DNA of 64,000 bases from NCBI GenBank assembly GCA_963737655.1, contig CAVTTN010000002.1, positions 6,912,001-6,976,000 on the forward strand, read 5' to 3'. Below are positions 36,997-47,101 of the stretch, piece by piece; positions within the stretch are counted from its first letter, which is position 1; each line of letters begins with the position of its first letter. The notes beneath the pieces were generated by a model. It ran no database searches, was not told the DNA's origin, and saw only the letters and a program-made list of their open reading frames with translations. This DNA is from an uncultured Planctomycetota bacterium. Lineage in GTDB: Bacteria; Planctomycetota; Planctomycetia; Isosphaerales; Isosphaeraceae. The position numbers were made by a program, and so were the translations under genes.

Positions 36997-38322
36997 TCAG
37001 GCGCGGGCCTCGCCCTTGGTGGTCGTCGCCTCGATCACCTCGTCCATCGCCACCTCGTCCTCCGGGACTTCGAGCACGGGAGGCTTGAACCGGCGGAACC
37101 CGACCCTGGCCAGCGATTCGATGATCGTCGTGTGGATCAGGTAGGGCACCGAGCGATAGATCAGGGGGGACCAGAGGATCGAGAGGACCAGGAACCCCCA
37201 CCAGATCCCCGTGGCCAGCAGCAGGACCATCGACAGCCAGTCCTCGGTGCGGATCGACGAGGAGATCCTCTCCAGCTCCGGGCCGATCGCCGGTCCGCCG
37301 GTCGCCGCCGACGCGATGAGCCCGGGCAGGGTCGCCACGGTCCTCCGGGCGGCCCCGGTGGGCAGGTCGGCCGTGGCCGTCGCGATCAAGGGCCCGTAGT
37401 GGAGCAGGCCGCAGAAGCACCGGGAGAGGAGGCCGGCTCGGCGCGTCTTCCTCGGGTCGGCATCGACGTGGACGACCGACAGGCCCACCGCGAGGTTCCC
37501 CGGCGAGACGAAGGCCCGGAGCGAGAAGACCACGCACCACGCCAGGAGCATCCGTCCCGGGTTGGAGAGCTCGGGGAACCGGCTCACCAGGAGGCTCGCG
37601 ACGATCGCCGAGACGATCAGATCCAGGACCATCGCCAGCACCCGGAGGCTCAGGGGCGCCGCCGCCGCCCGCATCACCCGGCGGTTCAGGTCGCGGACCC
37701 ACGACGATCGACCGTCCAGGGTCCTCCTCGTTTTCTCGAGCAACTCTCCGTAAGATTGCTTGGATAAAGCCATCTGGTCTTCGTGATTCCGCTTCTCGGT
37801 CTCGAGCCGCTTCTCCGCGGCCCGCTTCACGTTCTGCAATTCGGATTCCAGCTTCTTGAGCTTCCTCACCAGGGCCTCGGAATCCGGCGCCGGCTCGGTC
37901 GGTCGCGCCTTGAGCCTCGCGATCTCCAGCTCCAGCTCCTGGATGCGGGTCATCGTGCCGTTGTAGAGATCCAGGTGTTTCTTGCTCGCGTCCTGGGCCG
38001 TCTTCAAGCTTGCCTGGAGCGTCTGGTTCGTCTCCCCGAGTTGCGAGAGCGCCTTGCGATCGGTGGCGAGGTCCTCTTCGAGGCCCCGGACCCCGTCCTT
38101 CAGGGCGGCCTCGCTCTTTCGGAGGTCTTCGAGCCGGAGGGTCAGTTCGGCGCGGGTCTTCTCGAGCGCCGCGACGTCCCGACGGAGGGCCTCGACGACC
38201 TTCGAGTCCACCTGCCCGCGATAGGTCTCGAAATCGAGGATGAATTGCTCGGTCAGGTCGAGCGCCTTGCTCTCCTCGACCCTGCCGTTGGTCTCGGTGG
38301 AGCGGGATTCATCGGTGATCAT
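36997..38322 (-). CDS. Coiled-coil plus RDD-domain membrane protein
   Basis: Long heptad-rich N-terminus, then AAPLSLRVLAMVLDLIV and SPGNLAVGLSVV...LLSR (RDD pattern) with TM helices. Confidence 0.75.
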   Translation of the reverse strand: MITDESRSTETNGRVEESKALDLTEQFILDFETYRGQVDSKVVEALRRDVAALEKTRAELTLRLEDLRKSEAALKDGVRGLEEDLATDRKALSQLGETNQTLQASLKTAQDASKKHLDLYNGTMTRIQELELEIARLKARPTEPAPDSEALVRKLKKLESELQNVKRAAEKRLETEKRNHEDQMALSKQSYGELLEKTRRTLDGRSSWVRDLNRRVMRAAAAPLSLRVLAMVLDLIVSAIVASLLVSRFPELSNPGRMLLAWCVVFSLRAFVSPGNLAVGLSVVHVDADPRKTRRAGLLSRCFCGLLHYGPLIATATADLPTGAARRTVATLPGLIASAATGGPAIGPELERISSSIRTEDWLSMVLLLATGIWWGFLVLSILWSPLIYRSVPYLIHTTIIESLARVGFRRFKPPVLEVPEDEVAMDEVIEATTTKGEARA

Positions 38323-38589
38323 CGACAAGGTCTCCGGGACCGGCCCCCGGCCCCGGGTCAGCGAGGATGCCGGGTCGGGCTCGGCACGGACTCGACGCGA
38401 AGGAGCCGGGCGGCCAGGGGCCGGCGGCCGCTCGACCGGGCCTCGATCCCCGAGGCGCCGAGAGGCCGCCGGTGGTTGGCGATCGGCCGAGGGACGGCGA
38501 TCGGCGATCCCCCCAGGGTACTCAGGAGGCGAGCCGATCGCGACGAAAAAACGAGGCGCGGTCCGCGATCGCCCGATCGGATCGGGCCG

Positions 38590-40661
38590 CTAATCCCTCG
38601 GGTCGGCGGCGGCGAGGAGTCGCAGGAGGGTCTCGTAATCGACGGGCTTGACCAGGTGGTGGTCGAAGCCGGCCTCCCGGCCCCGTTTGCGGGCGTCTTC
38701 CTCTCCGTAACCCGAGATCGCAATGATGATCGCGTGTTTGACCCCGGCTTCGGAGCGGAGCCGGAGGGCGATCTCGTAGCCGTCCATCCCGGGCAGGCCG
38801 ATATCCAGGAGGATGTGGCTGGGGCGGAACCGGCGGGCCTCCTCCAGGGCGGAGGGGCCGTCGTGGGCCATCCGGACCTCGTGGCCCAGGAGCCTCAGGA
38901 GGCGGACCATCCCCTCGGCCGTGTCGAGGTTGTCATCGACGACCAGGACCCGGGCGCAGTGGGCCTGCGGGGGATCGACCGAGGGATGCACCGGAGGGGC
39001 CGGGCGGGTCGTCGAGGCCGCCGGGAGCCGGACCTCGAACTGGCTGCCGTGCCCCGGGCCGTCGCTGAACGCGGCGATCGAGCCGCCGTGCATCTCGGCC
39101 AGGGCCCGGACCAGGGTCAGGCCGATCCCCAGGCCGCCCTCGGACCTGGCCAACGAGCGGTCGCCCTGGGCGAACAGGACGAACATCCCGGGGAGCTGCT
39201 CCGGGGCGATCCCGACGCCGTTGTCCTCGACCCGGAAGACGATCTCGGCCCGTTCTCGGCGGACCTCCAGGCGGATCGTCCCTCCGCTCGGGGTGTACTT
39301 GGCGGCGTTGGTCAGCAGGTTGACGAGGATCTGCTCCAGGCGGGTCGGATCGGCCTCGGCCAGGACCGGGCCCGGCGGGACCGTGAGGATCAGCTCGTGC
39401 TTGCGATCCTCGACCAGCGGGCGGACGACCTCCGAGGCCCCCCGGACGACCCCGAGCACGTCGATCGGCCCTTTTCTCAGGCGGATCTTGCCCCGGGTGA
39501 TCCGCGAGACATCCAGCAAGTCGTCGATCAGCCGGGCGAGGTGGCGGACCTGGCGATCGACGACGTCCAGCCCCCAGTCCAGGGCGTCCTCGGAGCCCTG
39601 GCCTCGGCGGGCCACGGCCACGGCGTTGGAGACCGCCGCCAGGGGGTTGCGGAGCTCGTGGGCGAGCATGGCGAGGAACTCATCCTTGCGGCGGTCGTTC
39701 TCGCGGAGCTCCTGGTACAGCCGCGCGTTTTCCAGGGCCACCGACGCCATCTGGGCGAGCTGGACGACGATGGCCTCGTCGTCCTCGGTGAAATCGCCGT
39801 CGATCTTGTCCGAGAGCTGGACGACGCCGAGGTTGCGGCCGTCCCGGCCGATCAACGGGGCGCCGAGGAGGCCGCGCATCGGCGGTCGGCCGTCGCCGTC
39901 GAGGGCGGCGCGACCGGCCCAGGAGGGATGCGCCTCCAGCTCGGCCTGGGTGAGCCGGACGGGCCGGAGCCCCCGGGCGATCTGCGCTTCCAGGCCGGAG
40001 GTGAACGCCTCGGGCGGGCGGTCCCTCCACGGTTCGAGGTGGTCGGAGAGCTCCACGGCGACCGGAGTCACGGGCAGTCCCGGCGTCGGCGCCATGGTGG
40101 TCACGGCGAGGTGGGCGCCGATCACGGTCCGGGCCTCCTCGGTGATCAGCCCGGTGGCCGAATCGACGTCCAGGGCCGCGTTGAGCAAGGTCGCGGCGGC
40201 GGCCAGCCTCTGGAGCTGGTCCGAGCGGACCTTCTCCCGGGAGGCGATCTCCAGCCGCTCGGCCTCCGCCCTCAGGCGCTCGGCCCGGGCCGCGCCTCCT
40301 CGATCGCGCGGACGACGGCCGGGCCGAGGCGGTCGAGCCTTTGCTTGAGGATGTAGTCGGTCGCCCCCAGCTTCAGCATCGAGACGGCCAGCTCCTCGCC
40401 CAGCGTCCCGGAGACGAAGATGAAGGGGACGTCCGGGCAGACGCCCCGGGCGAACTCCAGGGCCGCGCCGCCGTCGTAGTCGGGCAAGGTGTGGTCGGCG
40501 AGGATCAGGTCGAACCGCTCGGCGGTCACGGCCGATTCGAACTCGGACCGGGTCGAGACGACCCGGAGGTCGAAATCGGTCGGCTCCCGGGCCAGGCGGG
40601 CCCGGAGCAGGTCCACGTCCAGCGGGCTGTCTTCCAGGTAAAGCAACCGGACTCGGCTCAC
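38590..40661 (-). CDS. Hybrid sensor histidine kinase REC-GAF-HisKA-HATPase-REC (apparent -1 frameshift near 40290)
   Basis: N-terminal receiver (LLYLEDS, ILADHTLP), GAF, FLAMLAHELRNPL, NLLTNAAKYT, DNGVGI, GGLGIGL and a C-terminal receiver (VLVVDDN, LLDIGLP). Confidence 0.9.
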
Positions 40662-40721
40662 GGAAGCTTCCCCCTCGCGCCCGGCAACCCGATCGCCCCC
40701 CCTCGGGCGGCGCACCCCGGG

Positions 40722-41183
40722 TCAGCCGTTGAATCGCAAATTTGCCTTGAGGCTCCCCGGGGGCGGCTCGTTGATCACCCCCCAGAAGACGCCCAGGTCC
40801 TGGATCGCCTTCAGGAATTCCGGGAACCCCACGGGCTTCACCACGTAGGCGTTCACGCCCAGCTTGTAGCCCTGTATCAAATCCCGTTCCTCTCGCGAGG
40901 AAGTCAGGATGACGACCGGGAGACTCCGGGTCTCCGGGTGCTCGCGGATCTGCTCCAGGACCTGGAGGCCGTCGATCCTCGGCAACTTCAGGTCGAGCAG
41001 GACCACGGCGGGATTGCCCCGCTCGCGATCGGCGTGAGGCCCTCGATAGTGGAGGTATTCCAGGGCCTCGACGCCGTCCCGGGTGGTCACGACCTCGTTG
41101 GCCAGGTTGCTCTTGGCCAGGGCCAGGAGCGTCAGCTCCAGGTCCTTCGGGTTGTCCTCGACGAGCAGGATCGGCTTGAGCAT
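40722..41183 (-). CDS. Phytochrome-associated single-domain response regulator (Rcp1/BphR-like)
   Basis: ILLVEDNPKD, VLLDLKLP, ILTSSREERD, YVVKPV and the C-terminal FW motif typical of phytochrome regulators. Confidence 0.92.
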   Translation of the reverse strand: MLKPILLVEDNPKDLELTLLALAKSNLANEVVTTRDGVEALEYLHYRGPHADRERGNPAVVLLDLKLPRIDGLQVLEQIREHPETRSLPVVILTSSREERDLIQGYKLGVNAYVVKPVGFPEFLKAIQDLGVFWGVINEPPPGSLKANLRFNG

Positions 41184-41196
41184 GAACGCGGGGCTC

Positions 41197-43464
41197 CTAG
41201 GACTCGCGGGCCATCGGCAGACTGAAGGAGAAGGTGGCGCCTCCGAGGATCTTCCCATCGGCCCAGGTCCGCCCTCCGTGTCGCGAGACGATCCGGCGGA
41301 CGTTGGCCAGGCCGATCCCGGACCCCTCGAAATCCTCCATCCGATGGAGCCTCTGGAAGACGCCGAACAGCTTGTCCGCATAGGCCATGTCGAACCCGAC
41401 TCCGTTGTCGATCACGTGGTAGGCCGCCTCGGCCCCCTGGGCCTCGCCGACGACCCGGATCGTCGGCTCGGCGGCCCGCCTCGTATATTTTATCGCGTTG
41501 GAAAGGAGGTTGCGGACCACCAGGCGGACCATCATCAGGTCGGCCCAGGCCCGGGGCAGGGGGTCGAACCTCCAGGCGATCTCCCGTCCCCCGCGTTCCC
41601 CCTCCAGCTCCTCCCAGACCTCGGCGAACAGCCGGTTCATGTCGATCGAGCCGAAGTTCAGGGCCGTCCGGCCCATCCGGGAGAACATCAGCAGGTGATC
41701 GACGAGGGAGCCGGCGTGCTGGGCCGATTCCAGGATCATGTCCAGGTAGCGTCGACCCTCCTCCGAGACCCCCTCCAGGCCCGTCTCTCGGAGGAGCTCG
41801 GCATAGCCCAGGATGTGGCGGAACGGGGCCCGCAGGTCGTGCGAGACGGAGTAGGAGAACCCTTCCAGCTCCTTGTTGGTCCGTTCCAGCTCGGCGGCCA
41901 GCGCGGCCATCTCCTCGGCTCGCCTCAAGACGATGCCCACGATGGCGTTGCGCAGTTCGATGGCCGCCTCCAGCTCGCTCGACCGCCAGGGCTCGGATTT
42001 CAGCCGGACGGTCTCCTTCCACGCCTCGAACGACTTCCTGGGGTGGATTCGCATCGAGCCGGATTCGGGCTCGGCCGGCTTCCTCGGGTCGCCCCCCCAG
42101 GTCACCGTCTTGACCACCTCGGGCCGGAACCAGAGCAGGTAGCTGCGGTGCAGCTTCGAGATCGAGATCGCCAGCAATCCCGAGGCGATGGCGGAGATCT
42201 CCCGGGCCCGGGGCCACAGCGTCGAGAGGCCGTCGGTGGCGAAGACCTCCTCGCTGCCCTGGGCCGCCAGGACGTCGCAAAGCTCCCGGATCTCCGGCTC
42301 GCTCGGCGTCTGGCCGAAGCGGTGGCATCGGCCCTCATGCACCAACGCCGCCCCCGAGGCCGAGGCATACGCCAGCAATTCCTCCTGCTTCTCGGAGAGC
42401 GACGCCTCGAAATTCGCCCGACCGGTCATCGCCGCCAGCAAGGTCGTGTGGGCGGACCTCAGCCAGAGCCTCCGCTCGTACTCCGCCAGGTGCTCCTTGG
42501 CGCCGAGCTGGAACGCCAGCCCCTGGCCCACCAGGTCGCACGCCGTCCGGACCTCCAGGGGCACGAACCTCGGCTCGGAATGGTGGCACGAGATCAGACC
42601 CCAGAGCTTCCCCTCCCGGATGATCGAGATCGACAGCGACGCCGGCGTTCCCATATTTCTCATGTATTCGAGATGGACGGGCGAGACACTTCTCAGGATC
42701 GCGAACGTCAGATCCAGGGGGCGGCCGGTCCTCGGGTCGGCCTGGGGGACGATCGGGATCGGCTCGTAATCGTCCCGGACGATCAGGCGGACCCGATTGA
42801 GCAGGTAAAGCCGGCGGGCCTGGCTGGGGATGTCGGACGCGGGAAAGCGGAGGCCCAGGTAGGAAGGGAGACGCTCGTTGCGGTCCTCGGCGACCACCGT
42901 CCCGGCCAGGTCCTCGTCGAATCGGTAGACGAGGGTCCGGTCGAACCCGGTCAGGCTCCGGACCTCCTCGGCGGCCACCCGGGTCAGGGCGGCCACCGTG
43001 GAAAGGCCCTCCATCCGGGCGAGGAAGCTGCGGACCATCTGGTACAGGTTGCGGAAGTTCGGATCGCCTGGGGTCGTCGCCCGTTCCAGCTCCAGGATCA
43101 GGGTCCCTCCGTGGCGATGGGCGACGACGTGGTGGGGTTCGTCCGGCCGGGGGCCGTCGGGGAAGGTCGTGGTCAGGATCTGGAGCGGGTTGCCCTCCAG
43201 GGACCGGTCCGCGAGCCTCTCGCGGAGGAGGTCCACCTGATCGTCGTCGAACACGGCGTCCAGCCCGCCGCCGAGGAGCGACTCGGTCGGCCTCCCGAGC
43301 AGCGATTCCACGTTCGCGCTGGCCCGGGTGATCGTCGGTCCGGCCCCCTCGAAGGCGATCAGGACCCCGTGGGGCTGGATCCGCCCGGGAACATGGATCG
43401 GCTCCCGGCCGCAGGCGGAGAGGTCCGGTTCGACGAGGTGCGACGGCGATGCGGACACGTTCAT
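41197..43464 (-). CDS. bphP: Bacteriophytochrome (PAS-GAF-PHY-histidine kinase)
   Basis: N-terminal biliverdin-binding Cys in CGREPIHVPGRIQPHG, FPASDIP, SPVHLEY, tongue PRKSF, SVSHDLRAP, NLLSNAIKY and GSGIGLA. Confidence 0.96.
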   Translation of the reverse strand: MNVSASPSHLVEPDLSACGREPIHVPGRIQPHGVLIAFEGAGPTITRASANVESLLGRPTESLLGGGLDAVFDDDQVDLLRERLADRSLEGNPLQILTTTFPDGPRPDEPHHVVAHRHGGTLILELERATTPGDPNFRNLYQMVRSFLARMEGLSTVAALTRVAAEEVRSLTGFDRTLVYRFDEDLAGTVVAEDRNERLPSYLGLRFPASDIPSQARRLYLLNRVRLIVRDDYEPIPIVPQADPRTGRPLDLTFAILRSVSPVHLEYMRNMGTPASLSISIIREGKLWGLISCHHSEPRFVPLEVRTACDLVGQGLAFQLGAKEHLAEYERRLWLRSAHTTLLAAMTGRANFEASLSEKQEELLAYASASGAALVHEGRCHRFGQTPSEPEIRELCDVLAAQGSEEVFATDGLSTLWPRAREISAIASGLLAISISKLHRSYLLWFRPEVVKTVTWGGDPRKPAEPESGSMRIHPRKSFEAWKETVRLKSEPWRSSELEAAIELRNAIVGIVLRRAEEMAALAAELERTNKELEGFSYSVSHDLRAPFRHILGYAELLRETGLEGVSEEGRRYLDMILESAQHAGSLVDHLLMFSRMGRTALNFGSIDMNRLFAEVWEELEGERGGREIAWRFDPLPRAWADLMMVRLVVRNLLSNAIKYTRRAAEPTIRVVGEAQGAEAAYHVIDNGVGFDMAYADKLFGVFQRLHRMEDFEGSGIGLANVRRIVSRHGGRTWADGKILGGATFSFSLPMARES

Positions 43465-44091
43465 GAAAACGGCGCCTCCCGGGCGTCTTCGGGGCGATCG
43501 ACGACGGGGCTCGGGAATGGCCCGCTCTCGGCGGACTCCCCTTGCCCCCTGGCTTGTGCGAGGCGGACCTCAATCGTCCAACCTCGTCCAGTTCTCTTCT
43601 TCCGGCGAGCGATCCATCCCGGGCGGAGAGGGCGGGCGGGCTCCCCTTCGACCCGGTCGCTGTCGGGACCGTCGGCTCCGGAACCCCCGGGCCGCGCACC
43701 GGGTCGAGCTTAACAGGGCGACCCCGAGACCGTCAATTTCCTCCCCGGCCCCGGGGATGGTCGCGAGGCCCGGCCGATGAATTCTCGCCACGGACACCCC
43801 GATCATCGCAATCCCCGGACCAGCCCCGCCTCGAAATCGCCATCGCCCCCCCAATCTTGCCCGCCAGCCCCGGACCCTCGTTCGGATCGCGAAGACCCGA
43901 GGCCCGCGAAGTCGATCGGCAAGGGTTCTTCGTGCCGAAAAGACGCCGCGAACACGCCCCGCGCATCGCCGGGAAGCCTTCGACGGGAACCGGGCCGAAG
44001 GGATCGCCAGACCGGGCGTTTCGGCTTAAGAAAGCCGCGCATGCCCGAATGCCTTCGTGAACCTAAGTCCTCATGTCGGGACGATTTTGGC

Positions 44092-45357
44092 TCACGGGGC
44101 GTCCGTCTCGGGTCGGCCGGCTCCGCCGGTTCTGGCGTCGCGATCGTGGAATCCGAGGGCGCGGCGGACTTCTTCGGGGCTGGTCCAGCCTTCTTCGACG
44201 GCGGCTCGGGCCCGGTCCCATCGGGTGACCATCCCGGCGAGGACCGCCTCCTCCTCGATCCGGGACACGTCGGTCCGTTGCAGGATCGCCCGCCCGGTCT
44301 CGCCCCGATCGGGCACGAGGATCTCGGCCAGGACCCGGCGCCCTCGATAGCCCGTCCCCCCGCATTCGTCGCAGCCGACGGCGACCCTCGCCGATCGGAC
44401 GGCCAGGCCGAGGAAGGCCCGGGGGTCGTCGGCGGGTCGGGAGCAGGTCTCGCAGAGGCTCCGGACCAGCCGTTGCGCCACCACGGCGAGCAATCCGCTG
44501 CGGAGCATGTACGGCTCGATCCCCATATCCGAGAGCCGCCCCACGGCCCCGGCCGCGCTCCCGGCGTGGAACGTGGTCAGGACGAGATGGCCGGTCAGGG
44601 ACGCGCCGAACGCCCCTTCGGCCGTCAGCCGATCGCGGATTTCCCCGACCGCGATGACCTCCGGGTCCTGCCTCATCAACGAGCGGAGCCCGGAGGCGAG
44701 GTCGAAGCCCGAGCCGGGGTTCACCTGGGACTGCGCCACGCCGTCCACGGCCGTCTCGATCGGGTCTTCCAGGCTGGCCAGGCTCCGCCTCCCTCGGGTC
44801 GAGGCGACGAGCTCGCGGAGGCACGCGTAAATCGTCGTCGTCTTGCCCGCCCCGGCCGGGCCGGTCAGCAGGATCAGCCCCGAGGTCTCGACCAGGAGCC
44901 TCCTGAGGGCCGATTCCACCTCCGAGGGCAGGCCCAGCTCGCCGAGGATCGCCGCCCGGCCCGACCCGGAGAACAGCCGGATCACCGCCCTCTCGCCGTG
45001 GAGGGTGGGAAACGTGCTCACGCGAACTTCCATCTCGCCGGCCGGGGCCCGCAGCCGCCCTTCCTGGGGCGAGTCGGTCCGATAGGTGAGCAGCTCGGCC
45101 AGCACCTTCAGGCGGGACACCACGTTGGCCGAGACCGGGGGCGGAAGCGTCGCCTCGGCTCGAAGCACGCCATCGACCCGGAACCTCACCAGCAAGCCCG
45201 AGGGATCCGGATGGAGGTGGACGTCGCTCGCGCCCGATCGCCTCGCCTCGGCCAGGATGAGGTCCACGGCGTCGGTGGCGAACCGGGCATTCCTCGGGTC
45301 CATCGACCCGAGCGCCGAGGCGAGCGAGGACCGCGGATCACCTGTCGGGGCGGGCAT
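44092..45357 (-). CDS. GspE/PulE/PilB-family secretion ATPase (short form)
   Basis: ASDVHLHP, RFRVDGVL, TGPAGAGKTTT, LEDPIE, RQDPEVIAVGEIRD, TGHLVLTTFH and a tetracysteine motif. Confidence 0.93.
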   Translation of the reverse strand: MPAPTGDPRSSLASALGSMDPRNARFATDAVDLILAEARRSGASDVHLHPDPSGLLVRFRVDGVLRAEATLPPPVSANVVSRLKVLAELLTYRTDSPQEGRLRAPAGEMEVRVSTFPTLHGERAVIRLFSGSGRAAILGELGLPSEVESALRRLLVETSGLILLTGPAGAGKTTTIYACLRELVASTRGRRSLASLEDPIETAVDGVAQSQVNPGSGFDLASGLRSLMRQDPEVIAVGEIRDRLTAEGAFGASLTGHLVLTTFHAGSAAGAVGRLSDMGIEPYMLRSGLLAVVAQRLVRSLCETCSRPADDPRAFLGLAVRSARVAVGCDECGGTGYRGRRVLAEILVPDRGETGRAILQRTDVSRIEEEAVLAGMVTRWDRARAAVEEGWTSPEEVRRALGFHDRDARTGGAGRPETDAP

Positions 45358-46372
45358 CGTTCGCCTCGTTCGTCGGGGTTCGAAACAGGTCCTCGGCCGA
45401 GCGGATCGCCCCGGCCCTCGCCTCGTCCAGAAACGGCCCGAGAGGCCGGATCACGGTCGTCGATTGCTCCCCGGCGGCCCGTTCCGGGCTGGTCAGCGGA
45501 CGGGTGCTCGTCCGAACGATCCGGGCGCCCTCGACCCGGGGGAGCCGGGCGAGGTTCTCGACGAACGGGCCGAACGTCCCGGCGCGGATCAGGAAGAATT
45601 CCACGTCCGAAACATAGACCATCGCCACGGAAAGCCCCCGGTCGCGGAGCCAGCCGGCGAGTCTTCCCATCGCGCCGGCCCCGGCGAGGTCGCCCACGAG
45701 AGGGACGATTCGATCGTCCCGTTGCATCGCCCGGACGAACCGATACGCCGCCTCCGAGCCGAGGAAATGCCCCGGCCGGGCGATCATCGCGCCGAGGGTG
45801 GGATAGCCCGGCAGCCCCAGGAATCGCGCCGAGAGCCCCGGACCGGCCAGTTTCGCCTGAATCGTGGCGATCTCGGCAAGGTCCGCGTCCTCGGCGACTC
45901 CCAGGGCCCGGACGTAGCGAGCCACTTCCTCCGAGGTCGAATCGAGGATCGCTCGCGAGAACGCCGACCCCGAAAACGCCGACGAGACCGCCCCTCCGCC
46001 TTGCGAAGCGTCCATCGCCCCCGACGGCTCCCGGGCCAGGAGCCTTCGGAGATAGGACGGACGATCGGGGCTCAGCGCCATCAAAGCCTTGTGCATCCAA
46101 TGAACGCAGGCATTGCGTCGCCGATAATCCACCACGAACGCCAGGTCCGCCGCCCCCGCCGCCACCATCGAGAAATTCTGATCGGGCCCGACCCCGAGGA
46201 ACACCCCGCCGCGAGGCCCCTGGCTCGCCAGGCGAACGCACGAACCCGGATACGAATCCTCATTGGAGACCAGGTTCTCCGCCGGAGGCCCGATCTCCGG
46301 GTCCGAAAGGCTTCGGAACAGCGTCCCGAAGGAGACGTCCCGAGACGGAAATATCAGGCCCGAAAGGTCCAT
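45338..46372 (-). CDS. Conserved hypothetical protein (NLVSNE / GVGPDQNF motif family)
   Basis: ENLVSNEDSY, GGVFLGVGPDQNFSMVA, FVVDYRRRN and YVSDVEFFL. The upstream part of ORF 45338..47050 overlaps the tRNA and was excluded. Confidence 0.7.
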   Translation of the reverse strand: MDLSGLIFPSRDVSFGTLFRSLSDPEIGPPAENLVSNEDSYPGSCVRLASQGPRGGVFLGVGPDQNFSMVAAGAADLAFVVDYRRRNACVHWMHKALMALSPDRPSYLRRLLAREPSGAMDASQGGGAVSSAFSGSAFSRAILDSTSEEVARYVRALGVAEDADLAEIATIQAKLAGPGLSARFLGLPGYPTLGAMIARPGHFLGSEAAYRFVRAMQRDDRIVPLVGDLAGAGAMGRLAGWLRDRGLSVAMVYVSDVEFFLIRAGTFGPFVENLARLPRVEGARIVRTSTRPLTSPERAAGEQSTTVIRPLGPFLDEARAGAIRSAEDLFRTPTNEANDARPDR

Positions 46373-46530
46373 CCCGATCCTCCGGAGACGATCATCGACG
46401 ACCGCCCCGCCCCAGGGCAAGGCCCGAACCGGAGCCGGCTCGAAGAACGCGACTCCGTCCAGACCGACCTTGCCCCGGGACGGCCTTTCCGGTCCAATGG
46501 AAACGCCCGGCCCTCTCACCGGGGCTCGCG

Positions 46531-46615
<85 letters not shown>

Positions 46616-46822
46616 GAGGATTCGAGGCGGATCGGCGGAGGAGACCGCGGAGCGTCGATCATGCTCCTCGCCGCCCCACGATGTGGACCGTCCAGGGATC
46701 GGACCGACCCGAGGTTGAGCGAGGCCGGTCGCGAGCCGGACTGACTCCGACGGCTTCATCCGGCGTGTCGTGTCCGTTCGACGAGGGCCCCGCCCGGCGG
46801 GTCCCGGAGAGGGCGCACCCCG

Positions 46823-47065
46823 ATGGAGACGTATTCCTTCATGAACACCATCGAAGTGACCATCGACGAACCGAGGCCGGGTTGGGCGGTCTTCCGGGTC
46901 CCCCTGTCGGGGTTCCGCAAGAACATGGAGCTCGAACGGCTGCCGGGCCTGCTCGACCGGAGCCTCTCGTTCTGGTTGCAACATCGGCCGACGGCCAGGA
47001 TCCGGGCCGCCCTGCCGATCGTCGAGGACGGCTTCACCACCGCGTTGCACGTCTGGTGGGAGTGA
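46823..47065 (+). CDS. Small hypothetical protein
   Basis: 80-aa ORF with protein-like composition and GGAGAGG upstream. It fits the intergenic space. Confidence 0.6.
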   Translation: METYSFMNTIEVTIDEPRPGWAVFRVPLSGFRKNMELERLPGLLDRSLSFWLQHRPTARIRAALPIVEDGFTTALHVWWE

Positions 47066-47101
47066 GCCGAGCCGGCCTCGGCGACCGTGGCCGACGCTCC
47101 C

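Noticed and set aside
11363..44090. Prophage or ICE integrated at tRNA-Arg
   Set aside because: No integrase, phage, conjugation or transposase gene was seen, and no duplicated tRNA 3' end.
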